This document shows positions 9,025 to 17,870 of a stretch of 25,936 nt of DNA, in pieces. How positions within the stretch are numbered: the stretch's first letter is position 1; every line of letters begins with the position of its first letter. Source of the stretch: a virus. Taxonomy: Duplodnaviria; Heunggongvirae; Uroviricota; Caudoviricetes. The position numbers and the translations under genes were made by a program. Below the pieces are notes generated by a model. The model made no database searches and was not told the DNA's origin. It saw only the letters and a list, made by a program, of their open reading frames with translations. The stretch is taken from IMG/VR virus record IMGVR_UViG_2778261085_000012, positions 1 through 25,936 of that record; one strand, given 5' to 3'.

Positions 9025-9527
9025 CAGCACAGCTCCGCAAAGATTCGCGGGCGGCGCAGAATGTCAGAGATGGCCCAGCTCACATCGCGCCACAAATCCG
9101 ATGTCTGTATATCCAGTGCGTCCGCGCGGCGGTCGCCCTTATCCGTTGTGTCCGCATCGCGGTAACGCTCCAGAATCAGGGCGCGTGTGGCGGTATAAAC
9201 GGCATTGCGCCAGTGCCAGAGATTGACGCTTTCTCCGTTAATTACGGGTGCCGGAACATCGGCCAGCGTCTGATGGCCAGCCGCCTGTTGTTCCTGCTGC
9301 CACGCTTCCAGCTCGCGGGTAACGTGTGCCACGGCCCCGGTGGCGGTATGCAGCAGGCGGGAGGTGGTCACACGGCCCGGCAGTCGTATCGCCAGACGCA
9401 GCTCACGCAGCACAATATCCGGCCAGAATGCGCCCGCTGAAATACGGGTATCACCATCATCGGTATCGGTGATGTCGTCCTCTGCGGGTCCGGGGTTGGT
9501 TCTGGCAACCATACTCATGGGGTTCAC
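9024..9527 (-). CDS. L: head completion/stabilisation protein L
   Basis: 167 aa; position and C-terminal pattern (DLWRDVSWAISDILRRPR) as P2 gpL. Confidence 0.8.
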   Translation of the reverse strand: MNPMSMVARTNPGPAEDDITDTDDGDTRISAGAFWPDIVLRELRLAIRLPGRVTTSRLLHTATGAVAHVTRELEAWQQEQQAAGHQTLADVPAPVINGESVNLWHWRNAVYTATRALILERYRDADTTDKGDRRADALDIQTSDLWRDVSWAISDILRRPRIFAELC

Positions 9528-9620
9528 TCCTGAAAAAAATCGGGCGGTGGGTGCGCGGTGTAAACGGTCACGGAGTCAAACCGGAACACCGCGCACGCCG
9601 CCCGCTGACGGGGTCAGTCG

Positions 9621-10421
9621 TTAACCGCGCTTCGCCTTCTGCGTCGCGGTGGTTTTTCGTGTTGCAGGCTTCCGCGTTGTCTTTTTACTTTTGCTGCTTT
9701 CGTCCTGCGCCTGCTGTGCGCTGGCGTCTTCTGGTTCGGCTGCGGAATCGGCTTTTTTCAGGGCGCGGGAAAGGGTTGCAATCTCGCGTTTCACACCTGC
9801 GTTCGGGTTCAGGTGCATCGTTTCGCGCAGCAGCTTCAGTGATAAGGCCATGTTGTCTGCATCGGTCAGACCACGACGGGCAAAGGCGCACGCCTTGCAT
9901 AATTTGGCGCGCACTTCGTCCGGCATGTCCTGGTCGGTGACAATCTCCCGGAGGGTATCCAGTGGTTCGATAAAGGCGGACAAATCCGCGTCAGCATCCG
10001 TCCCGGCCTGCGTCAGTACCGGGTTGCAGATTTCTTCGGTCAGCACTGTGGCAGCCGTACGGCCAAAGTTATCAGGCATAATGAGGTTATGACGGACCAC
10101 ATACGCACCAATACGCAACGCCAGTGGAAGATCGCCGCAGTCAATCGCCCACACCATCAGCGTGGCAATCACTTCGTCCTGCTGCCCGCCGTCAGCCTCC
10201 AGCGTTCCCTCAATCCAGCCGGAAAAGTCCGGCAACAACTCTTTTTTGATGGCGGCTTTCGCGCTTCTGGCCTGTACGCCCTTAAGCCGGGCCTGTGCCA
10301 GACGCAGACGATACAGCACCTCTTCATGCGCGGTACGCGCGGCGTGGTCCACGCCTTCATTCGCCCGGCCTGCGCGCTGTGCCATCACGTTCTGCCAGTG
10401 TTGCTGTGCAGGAGTAATCAT
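9621..10421 (-). CDS. M: terminase small (endonuclease) subunit M
   Basis: 266 aa; MITPAQQHW...ELLPDF...MPDEVRAKL and basic C-terminal tail collinear with P2 gpM. Confidence 0.85.
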   Translation of the reverse strand: MITPAQQHWQNVMAQRAGRANEGVDHAARTAHEEVLYRLRLAQARLKGVQARSAKAAIKKELLPDFSGWIEGTLEADGGQQDEVIATLMVWAIDCGDLPLALRIGAYVVRHNLIMPDNFGRTAATVLTEEICNPVLTQAGTDADADLSAFIEPLDTLREIVTDQDMPDEVRAKLCKACAFARRGLTDADNMALSLKLLRETMHLNPNAGVKREIATLSRALKKADSAAEPEDASAQQAQDESSKSKKTTRKPATRKTTATQKAKRG

Positions 10422-10466
10422 TTTTTCTCTCCGTTACAGGCGGGCATGATGCCCGCCGTGAGTTGA

Positions 10467-11519
10467 TTAGCTGTCGGCGAACTTCAGGCCAGTGACCATC
10501 GCGCACTTGCCATAGTCTTCAACGACATAAGCGTCATTGATGGACTGGTAGGTGGCGATGCGGTTGTATTCCGGTTCGTCTTTCATCAGACGACGCATTG
10601 AACCTTTCTGCCAGTAAATCGACAGGTTGTTGAACGAGGTGATCAGCATCGTTGAATCCGGGAAGAACGGCGCAAGGAACACGCCCAGCCCGCCAATGGT
10701 GCGCGATGACAGAATGAGCTGCCCGGCGAGTAATTCCGCATTGGGATTCTGGCCGCTGATGCTGTTCAGCACGGGCAGACGCAGCGAGTTAAACAGGTTG
10801 CGCCCCATAATCACCACGAGGTCGTCAGCTTCCTTGTGCCATTCATCCAGCAGGGATGAGCGCGCGTCCTGTACCAGTGCATCAGCGTTCGCATACTTAC
10901 CCGCGTGCGCCACGGTGTTGTCCATGTTACGGGAGGTCAGCGTCACGTCATTCATAACGCGTTCGCTGGCGTCGGTTCTGATGTGCTCCAGCCAGCCCAC
11001 GTTAACGTCCTGAAGCAACTTGTTGGTGCTGAAGTTGGACTCATCCGCGTGAGACGTGCCGTTGAAACCGATCATGATGCGGTCAAGTGCCACCTGTCGG
11101 GCAATCTGTGCGCTGATGCGGGACTGAAAATCAGGGTGTGCCGCCCAGGTATCAAGCTGCGGATATGAAATAAACGTGTCGTAGTTCACCTGTTCGCACT
11201 GGTATTTGCGGTTTTTCAGATCAACCACGTTATTCGGGTTACGGCGTTTTGTGCCGTCATAACTGGTATTCGTGCGCGCAATCGGCCCGGTGGTATCCGG
11301 GAGGATTTTTTCGCCTTTCTGGTCTGTCACGCCGATCACGTTAATTCTTTTTGTAAATTCGGTGCTTTCCTTTGAGGCGTTTTCAAAACGCTGCTGTACC
11401 GAGGGTTCCACGGTAAATCGCGATACCAGTGCGGAAACCGGGATATTGTTAAGCGACGCCTGCTGCGCCATATAGCAACCCAGCTTGTTGCGGGTAATAT
11501 CTGACATCACCAGATTCAT
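10467..11519 (-). CDS. N: major capsid protein N
   Basis: 350 aa; FTVEPSV...GEKI...MIGFNG...LQDVNVGWL...LVVIMGRNL...LSIYWQ...YVVEDY pattern as P2 gpN; AGGAG upstream of the ATG. Confidence 0.9.
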   Translation of the reverse strand: MNLVMSDITRNKLGCYMAQQASLNNIPVSALVSRFTVEPSVQQRFENASKESTEFTKRINVIGVTDQKGEKILPDTTGPIARTNTSYDGTKRRNPNNVVDLKNRKYQCEQVNYDTFISYPQLDTWAAHPDFQSRISAQIARQVALDRIMIGFNGTSHADESNFSTNKLLQDVNVGWLEHIRTDASERVMNDVTLTSRNMDNTVAHAGKYANADALVQDARSSLLDEWHKEADDLVVIMGRNLFNSLRLPVLNSISGQNPNAELLAGQLILSSRTIGGLGVFLAPFFPDSTMLITSFNNLSIYWQKGSMRRLMKDEPEYNRIATYQSINDAYVVEDYGKCAMVTGLKFADS

Positions 11520-11542
11520 AAAAAATTTGCTCCTTTGTCTTA

Positions 11543-12379
11543 TCAGAAGTCAGCCAGCTGGTCGGAGGCTGCGCCCGTTGCGGTGAACCGGTTTTGCGGA
11601 TCGCCGTCCTGCGTGCGCAGTTTTTCCTTCAGTGCTGCCAGCTCTGTGGTCAGTGAAGTGATTTTCTGGCTGTCCTGCTGATGGCGGGTTTCCAGCGCAT
11701 TAAAACGGTCGATAATGTCGGCCTGTGACGTTGCGACGCCTTCCACCGCTTCCTGAATGCGGGAGAAACTGGCGTCATCCGCTTTGCGGCCACGGCCAAT
11801 AATCCCCATTACGCGGTTAAACCACTGGGTGCCTTCTTCCTGGCGTTGTTCTGCCATTTCGATGATTTCAGACTCGATGGCTTCGGAGATAAGCGGTGCT
11901 TCACCCTGGATACTGTTGAACGTCATCACCGCCTGACGTTGCTGTGCCGTGAATTTCAGGCGCTCAGTGCCCAGGCTTGCCGGGGTGTCGGTCATCGCCA
12001 GCCCGACCAGATAGGCGCGCCCGTTAACGGAGAACTGCGGGTGCAGTTCGATACTGGAATAGATTTTCTTGCCGTCAGCGACAAGCTGCTTCATGCGCTC
12101 GGTCGGTTCGATTTCTGCATACAGCGCAGTACGTCCGGCCAGCGGGCCTTCCGTAATATCTTCCGTACTCAGCGCGGTGACATCGCCCATTGCGGAAAAT
12201 TCGCTTGACGGGCATGGCGAGAGATAGTGCTCAACGTTCACGCGGGCAGCGTAAACATCCGGGTTGAAGTTCTCGGCGGCTTCACGCAGATGTACCGGAC
12301 TGATTTCGCGGCCATCAACAGTTGATCCGGAGACAGCCACGCGAAACTTTTTGCGGGATGTCTTTTTTTCATTAGCCAT
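11543..12379 (-). CDS. O: capsid scaffolding protein O
   Basis: Start taken at MANEKKTSRKKFRVAVSGSTVDGREISP preceded by GAGGGG; collinear with P2 gpO. Track ORF begins 11 codons further upstream. Confidence 0.8.
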   Translation of the reverse strand: MANEKKTSRKKFRVAVSGSTVDGREISPVHLREAAENFNPDVYAARVNVEHYLSPCPSSEFSAMGDVTALSTEDITEGPLAGRTALYAEIEPTERMKQLVADGKKIYSSIELHPQFSVNGRAYLVGLAMTDTPASLGTERLKFTAQQRQAVMTFNSIQGEAPLISEAIESEIIEMAEQRQEEGTQWFNRVMGIIGRGRKADDASFSRIQEAVEGVATSQADIIDRFNALETRHQQDSQKITSLTTELAALKEKLRTQDGDPQNRFTATGAASDQLADF

Positions 12380-12533
12380 AGTTTTTGCCCCTCTGACTGG
12401 TTCTTCAGTCATGATGGCAAAGCGTAACAGGCTGATACAAAGGGCTTTTGTTGTAAGAAAACGGCCAGAACAGGCGGTTAAGGAGAACAGTTTCGCGCGC
12501 GGGTAATCTTCCTGTAATTACTCAGGGGGAGCA
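12380..12533. promoter_or_regulatory. divergent late promoter region between O and P
   Basis: Intergenic region between divergently oriented O and P, as in P2 where Ogr-activated late promoters lie here. Specific -35/-10 elements and activator half-sites were not resolved by eye. Confidence 0.4.
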
Positions 12534-14285
12534 ATGATTCAGGACGCTTTTGTGCGCCAGCGTGCGCGGCAACTTTACTGGCAGGGTTATCCGCCCGCAG
12601 AAATATCACGTCTGATGGGAATAAACCCGAACACGATTTATGCGTGGAAAAAACGCGACCAGTGGGATGAAACACCACCCGTGCAGCGTGTCACGCAGTC
12701 CATCGATGCGCGCCTCATCCAGCTTACTGAAAAACAGAATAAAACAGGCGGTGACTTTAAGGAAATAGACCTGCTGACCCGGCAGCTTAAAAAGCTGCAT
12801 GATGGCCAGCCGGATGTGATGGCCGCAGGAAAGAAAGGCCGGGCGAAAAAACTCAAAAATCATTTCACGCCGGAACAGATTGCCGCACTGCGGGAAAAAA
12901 TCATCAGCAGGCTGGAGTGGCATCAGCGGGGCTGGTTTGACTCCCTGACCCTTTGCAGGGAAGCCGGGATACGTAACAGGATGATCCTGAAATCCCGACA
13001 GATTGGGGCGACCTGGTATTTTGCACAGGAAGCACTGCTGATGGCGCTGCGTGACGATGTGGCGCAACCTTACCAGCGTAACCAGATTTTTTTGTCTGCG
13101 TCGCGTCGTCAGGCGTTCCAGTTTAAAAGCATTATTCAGAAGGCCGCGGCTGAAGTTGATGTGGAGCTGAAAGGGGGCGATAAAATCATCCTCTCCAACG
13201 GCGCAGAGCTGCATTTTCTCGGCACTTCTGCTGCGTCGGCACAGTCCTATACGGGCAATTTTTATTTTGATGAATTTTTCTGGGTCAGTCGCTTTGCTGA
13301 ACTGCGCAAGGTGGCTGGCGCTATGGCAACCCTCAGCGGACTGCGGCGCACCTACTTCTCCACGCCATCCACCGAAACGCACGAGGCATACGCCTACTGG
13401 AACGGCGACCGCTGGAACGAGAAAAAGGCCTCGCATAAACGCCAGCGTTTTTCTGTGGACTGGAAAACGCTGCATAACGGGCTTATCTGCCCTGACCGGA
13501 CGTGGCGGCAAATTGTCACGCTGGAAGATGTGGTTAATCACGGCTGGAAACACACCGATATCGACGAAATTCGTGATGAAAACACCGAAGACGAGTTCCT
13601 CAATCTCTATATGTGTGAGTTTGTCCGCGAAGGGGAATCGGCATTTAACCTGAATATCCTGATTGGCTGCGGTGTTGACGGATACGACGACTGGAAAGAC
13701 TGGAAACCTTTTGCTCCCCGCCCGATGGGAAATCGTCCGGTATGGATTGGGTATGACGCAAACGGCAGCAGTGGCAACGGCGACAGCGGCGCTGTGTCCG
13801 TGGTGGTTCCTCCGGCTGTTCCTGGTGGCCGTTTTCGAACGGTGGAGACGCGACGCGTTCAGGGGCTGGAGTTTGAAGAACAGGCCAGAGTCATTGAAGA
13901 GTTCACGTGTCGCTACAACGTGGAACACATCGGCATTGATGTGACGGGCGGGAACGGGGAGGCTGTTTATCAGATAGTGAAACGGTTTTTCCCTGCTGCT
14001 ATTCCGTACACCTTCACGCTGTCATCAAAACGGTCGCTGGTACTGAAAATGCTGCAAATAATGCGTGCCGGGCGGTGGGAATACGATCGCGCCGAACGCG
14101 AACTGGTCGCGGCCTTTAACGCCGTGCGTAAGGTGAAAACACCGGGCGGCTTTATCACTTACGAAACGGACCGCGCGAGGGGGATCAGCCACGGCGACCT
14201 TGCGTGGGCGACCATGCTTGCTGTCATTAACGAACCAATTGGCGGCGAAGGAGAAAACGAGCGTTTCACGGTTATGGAGTTCTGA
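12534..14285 (+). CDS. P: terminase large (ATPase) subunit P
   Basis: 583 aa; RBS AGGGGGA; N-terminus MIQDAFVRQRARQLYWQGYPPAEISRLMGINPNTIYAWKKRDQWDE typical of P2-family terminase. Confidence 0.9.
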   Translation: MIQDAFVRQRARQLYWQGYPPAEISRLMGINPNTIYAWKKRDQWDETPPVQRVTQSIDARLIQLTEKQNKTGGDFKEIDLLTRQLKKLHDGQPDVMAAGKKGRAKKLKNHFTPEQIAALREKIISRLEWHQRGWFDSLTLCREAGIRNRMILKSRQIGATWYFAQEALLMALRDDVAQPYQRNQIFLSASRRQAFQFKSIIQKAAAEVDVELKGGDKIILSNGAELHFLGTSAASAQSYTGNFYFDEFFWVSRFAELRKVAGAMATLSGLRRTYFSTPSTETHEAYAYWNGDRWNEKKASHKRQRFSVDWKTLHNGLICPDRTWRQIVTLEDVVNHGWKHTDIDEIRDENTEDEFLNLYMCEFVREGESAFNLNILIGCGVDGYDDWKDWKPFAPRPMGNRPVWIGYDANGSSGNGDSGAVSVVVPPAVPGGRFRTVETRRVQGLEFEEQARVIEEFTCRYNVEHIGIDVTGGNGEAVYQIVKRFFPAAIPYTFTLSSKRSLVLKMLQIMRAGRWEYDRAERELVAAFNAVRKVKTPGGFITYETDRARGISHGDLAWATMLAVINEPIGGEGENERFTVMEF

Positions 14286-15331
14286 TGAGCAGAAAAAATA
14301 AAAAAGTGCGCATGAGTTCACGCATTGATCTCGCTGATGCGCTCAGGAAAGAATCATCGCTCAGTGCATTCACATTTGATGGTCCTTATCGCCTGACCGG
14401 GCATGACCTGCTGGACAATATGTACTGTGCTGATAACGGGCGGTGGTATGAAACCCCGGTGGACTGGTACGGTCTGGCAAGAGCTGCCCGGCAAACGTCC
14501 TGGCATCAGTCTGCGCTTTACTTTAAGCGCAATGTATTACTCGGTTGCTACATCCCGCACCCGCTGCTTTCCCGGCAGGATTTCTCGGCGCTGGCGCTGG
14601 ACTGGTTTGTGTTCGGTAACGCATTCCTTGAGCTTCGAAGCAATATGCTCGGCGAACCGCTTAAATTACGGCACGCCCTGGCGAAATACATGCGACGCGG
14701 AAGCGATCTTGAATCATGGTGGTATGTGCAGGATGGCAAGGACGCGTTCCAGTTTCGCCCTGGCAAAGTGTGCCACCTGATGAATCCGGATATTAACCAG
14801 GAAATCTACGGCATGCCGGAATATCTCGGCGCATTACTCTCGGCCAGCCTGTCTCATTCGGCGGACATGTTCAGAAAACTGTATTACGACAACGGATCCC
14901 ACGCCGGGTGCATCATCTACATCGGTGCAGCGCAGGTAAACCGCGAAAGCATGGACTCCCTGAAAGAAACGTTACAGGGTGCACGTGGTGGTGGTGCGTT
15001 TAAAAACGTGCTCATTCATGCGCCCAACGGGGGCAAAGAGGGGGTGCAAATTTTGCCGTTCCAGCAGATCACCGCAAAGGATGAGTTCATGAATGTTAAG
15101 GCGGCATCCCGTGATGATGTGCTGGCTGCGCACCGTGTCCCGCCGCAACTGATGGGGGCGATGCCGGGTGAAAAAAGTGCGTTTGGTGATGTGGAGAAGG
15201 CCGCGCGGGTTTACGCAATTAACGAGCTGATGCCCGTCATGGAGGCCATGAAGCACATCAATGACTGGCTTGGCGAAGAGGTGATCCGCTTTAACCCTTA
15301 TGCACTGCTGGACACCCAGCCCACATCCTGA
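14285..15331 (+). CDS. Q: portal protein Q
   Basis: 348 aa; start MSRKNKKVR overlaps the P stop (TGATG); size and position as P2 gpQ. Confidence 0.9.
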   Translation: MSRKNKKVRMSSRIDLADALRKESSLSAFTFDGPYRLTGHDLLDNMYCADNGRWYETPVDWYGLARAARQTSWHQSALYFKRNVLLGCYIPHPLLSRQDFSALALDWFVFGNAFLELRSNMLGEPLKLRHALAKYMRRGSDLESWWYVQDGKDAFQFRPGKVCHLMNPDINQEIYGMPEYLGALLSASLSHSADMFRKLYYDNGSHAGCIIYIGAAQVNRESMDSLKETLQGARGGGAFKNVLIHAPNGGKEGVQILPFQQITAKDEFMNVKAASRDDVLAAHRVPPQLMGAMPGEKSAFGDVEKAARVYAINELMPVMEAMKHINDWLGEEVIRFNPYALLDTQPTS

Positions 15332-15354
15332 CGCGCTTCGCTTGTCTGCTGCTT

Positions 15355-15385
15355 CGCCGGGGCATAAAAAATTTATGCCCCGGCT
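15355..15385 (+). other. perfect 13-bp stem-loop immediately 3' of Q (terminator-like hairpin without U-tract)
   Basis: GCCGGGGCATAAA aaa TTTATGCCCCGGC. Confidence 0.4.
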
Positions 15386-15784
15386 CTCCAGCTCCTGTAT
15401 CAGTCAGATAATTTCACGACGCTTTCCTGCTTATTGCCATCATCGACGGTCAGACTCTTACGCAATCCCACCGCGTTAACTGCATGTTCTCGCCGCCTCA
15501 GTGCGATTTTGACGGCCTTACCTTTCACCCCATCAAATCAAAAGCCCTCACGTCTTTTTCACGCTCAGCGTGAGAAATACAGCCATTCTGTTGTGTTGCT
15601 GCGACATCGTTCAGGGGATGCTATTTACCCCCTGAAACGCGGGCTGTTCCCCCGTCACCTGCGCGCAGAAAAAGCGCGTTTTTTTGTGCACGTACGGATC
15701 CTTGACGGATCCAGCCACCACGCGGGCCGGAAGTACAAAAAGTCGTTCAAAAAAATTGTGCAAACTTGTGCACTATCGTGCAAA

Positions 15785-15815
15785 CAAAAAAAAGCGCCTT
15801 ATCGGCGCTTCAAAA
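15785..15815 (-). terminator. Rho-independent terminator (minus strand)
   Basis: On the minus strand: AAGCGCC gataa GGCGCTT followed by a T9 run; sits just 3' of the 15819..16088 ORF. Confidence 0.6.
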
Positions 15816-15818
15816 GTA

Positions 15819-16088
15819 TCAATTGTTGCTGTGTATTAATCGCCAACCACGAACATATGCTTCATAGGCATCTCTGTGCCTTACAGTTCCAGCCTGGCTA
15901 AACGGAATGTTAGCTAAAACTAAATCATTCTGAGCCATAGCGCGTCCTTCAAGCGCATCTTTTATGCCTAGCTCAAAAGCACAGGCAGCGCATTTGTGCC
16001 GACCTTCTTGTCCTTGATATTCAGGGAGAGACAGAAATGTTGGGTTATAACGATGAGGGTTCTTGCAAATACCTGTTTTAGCCCGCAC
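15819..16088 (-). CDS. hypothetical 89-aa Cys/His-containing protein in the cargo slot
   Basis: GTG start preceded by GAGGT; intrinsic terminator directly downstream; contains CxxxH...HxCxxC. Overlaps a probably spurious plus-strand ORF. Confidence 0.35.
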   Translation of the reverse strand: MRAKTGICKNPHRYNPTFLSLPEYQGQEGRHKCAACAFELGIKDALEGRAMAQNDLVLANIPFSQAGTVRHRDAYEAYVRGWRLIHSNN

Positions 16089-16111
16089 TTTATTTACCTC
16101 ATAGGAAAAAT

Positions 16112-16250
16112 ATGCGTGCCTTTACAGAGGTGCGTGTAAGCAATAAAATATACGACGCACATTTTGATTTACTTCGGAAGGCACGCATATCAGGTTAAGT
16201 GAGTCCGACCGAGTTTTACGCCCCAATAGTTGCTGCTATTGGGGCGTTTT
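16112..16250 (+). other. candidate small transcript (sRNA or 28-aa peptide) ending in an intrinsic terminator
   Basis: Promoter-like TTTACA-N17-TAAAAT; 13-bp long-range inverted repeat ATATGCGTGCCTT/AAGGCACGCATAT; possible 28-codon ORF with RBS AGGA; terminator hairpin at the 3' end. Confidence 0.25.
16219..16250 (+). terminator. Rho-independent terminator (plus strand)
   Basis: CGCCCCAATAG ttgctg CTATTGGGGCG followed by TTTT. Confidence 0.6.
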
Positions 16251-16452
16251 GCATGGACAATGCCGCGCAATTATCTTGTCGCTCACAATGCGAACGATCT
16301 TACAAAAAGGCACATTACTGTCAAGATAATTGATCGTTTTAATCGATAGATAATATACAATCTATTTGTTTAACAGATCGATTATTGAAGTAAGTGTGCC
16401 AAATGGAATGATACTGTTTCTATAAACGTGAGCATTTTTCGCGCAGATGCTT

Positions 16453-16764
16453 TTACTCAGGAAATAACGCCCGGATATTCCCAGCCATCTGGCTGGTTAT
16501 TTTAGCCACTGGTGCAGACTGTGCTTCAAACTTTTTTGAGCTGATTTGTGTCACAGGTAACATCTCATCATCAGCCCATGCGGCCAGTCGGTAAGCCTCT
16601 GCCGGATTCGTCTTCAGAAGTGCCAGCCCGGCCAGAAAAGCCACGCGTTGGCCGCTTTTGCGGGCTTCTGGTGTAAGGCTGTCCAGCCAGGCGCATGCTT
16701 CTCCTTCGTTCTTGACGGCAGCTGGCTTCAGATAGAAACTTATCCGTCTGGTTGGTGTCGTCAT
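16453..16764 (-). CDS. parR: ParR-like centromere-binding protein (plasmid R1 ParR/StbB family)
   Basis: 103 aa; RRISFYLKP...AWLDSLTPEARKSGQRVAFLAGLALLKTNP parallels the R1 ParR N-terminal region; located immediately downstream of the ParM-like gene. Confidence 0.65.
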   Translation of the reverse strand: MTTPTRRISFYLKPAAVKNEGEACAWLDSLTPEARKSGQRVAFLAGLALLKTNPAEAYRLAAWADDEMLPVTQISSKKFEAQSAPVAKITSQMAGNIRALFPE

Positions 16765-16768
16765 TGGT

Positions 16769-17728
16769 TTACTCCTTGTTCATTGCGTACAGCCCATTAA
16801 CCAGAGCAAACTGTGGCACCCCGTCCGCGATGAAAGTCGCATTAACTCCGCAGGCTTCGCGGATAGCGGGTGCCACAATCTCCGCTCCTCCACCGACAAC
16901 CATCACCCGCCCGTAACCCGAAAAACCCGCCAGCGCGCGGATCACGCGTTGTTTCAGTGTTTCCTCCTTTTCACGAATAACTGCCATCAGGCTGGCGTAA
17001 TGCGCGTCATTGTGGATGTGCTGGCGCAGCCAGGCTTCATCGTGGCGATGTTCGATAATGGTACTGGCGATGTGGTGACTGGTGCGCATACCGTTGGTGG
17101 CCATCACCGACAGCACGGCATCGGCCATCAGAGAAACGCCTACGTGTGGATCGCAAAACACCTGGCTGATACCTGCCAGTTGCCCCTGAACCTTTGCCAC
17201 ATCCAGCGTGGTTCCGCCCAAATCCACAATCAGCAGGGATTCAAACGGACTCATGCCAGCCAGTGCTTTAAAGCCAGCCGGAATGGATTCAGGCATAACC
17301 CGCACGTTACGGATAGTGAATGCCTCGCCGTTCTGGTACTCCACCGGGCGCATGACGTTCGCTTTTTTGCGGTTGATGTTGGCCATGTCCGGCTGTGCGT
17401 TTGTGTCGAAATACTCGCTCAGTGGCAGGGTGACAACCACATCCACTTCCTGTGGTGTGATACCTGATTTGACCAGCGCATGATGAATGGCAATCACATT
17501 CACATCGCTGTACTGGTATTGCGTGTCAGTTGTCTGAACAAAGCGATCGCTGACCGGATCAAAATCATAGCGCACGCCATCAATCATGTAGTTTGCGGGT
17601 TGCGTGCCACCGAACGGCGCAGACCATTCCGACTTGAAGCTGTTCGGGCTGATGGCGTTGCGACGTTCGCCGTTCTCAGTCCATGCCAGCTTGATGTTGG
17701 TGGAGCCGTCGTCGATACAAATTTTCAT
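16769..17728 (-). CDS. parM: ParM/StbA-like actin-family ATPase
   Basis: 319 aa; MKICIDDGSTNIKLAW..., YSDVNVIAIHHAL, MPESIPAG, LIVDLGGTTLD and VMVVGGGAE are collinear with plasmid R1 ParM. Confidence 0.85.
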   Translation of the reverse strand: MKICIDDGSTNIKLAWTENGERRNAISPNSFKSEWSAPFGGTQPANYMIDGVRYDFDPVSDRFVQTTDTQYQYSDVNVIAIHHALVKSGITPQEVDVVVTLPLSEYFDTNAQPDMANINRKKANVMRPVEYQNGEAFTIRNVRVMPESIPAGFKALAGMSPFESLLIVDLGGTTLDVAKVQGQLAGISQVFCDPHVGVSLMADAVLSVMATNGMRTSHHIASTIIEHRHDEAWLRQHIHNDAHYASLMAVIREKEETLKQRVIRALAGFSGYGRVMVVGGGAEIVAPAIREACGVNATFIADGVPQFALVNGLYAMNKE

Positions 17729-17759
17729 GTCGATTTTCCTTATGTTGATTAATTAATCG

Positions 17760-17870
17760 TTTACGGGATTCTGAAATCCCGTTTTTGCCTGTTTTGTGTG
17801 CGCTTCATATATCGCGGCGCGTTTTTTGCTCATTTACGGGATTTGTGAATCCCGTTTCTGTCTGTTTTTT
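17760..17870. repeat. two copies of an approx. 40-bp repeat, each with a perfect hairpin, spaced about 71 bp
   Basis: TTTACGGGATTcTGAAATCCCGTTTtTGcCTGTTTT and TTTACGGGATTtGTGAATCCCGTTTcTGtCTGTTTT; copy 1 is in the A/parM intergenic region, copy 2 is inside the A 3' end. Confidence 0.7.

Noticed and set aside
12606-13928. 440-aa minus-strand ORF
   Set aside because: Lies entirely antisense within the terminase large subunit gene P; translation has no recognisable domain.
15332-15800. Exact P2 cos cohesive-end sequence (GGCGAGGCGGGGAAAGCAC, from memory)
   Set aside because: Not found by eye on either strand; the region is still the most likely cos location by synteny, but the site itself cannot be pinpointed.
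15434-15901. 155-aa plus-strand ORF in the cos/cargo intergenic region
   Set aside because: No RBS, basic low-complexity translation, and it spans palindromes and a minus-strand terminator; more likely non-coding.
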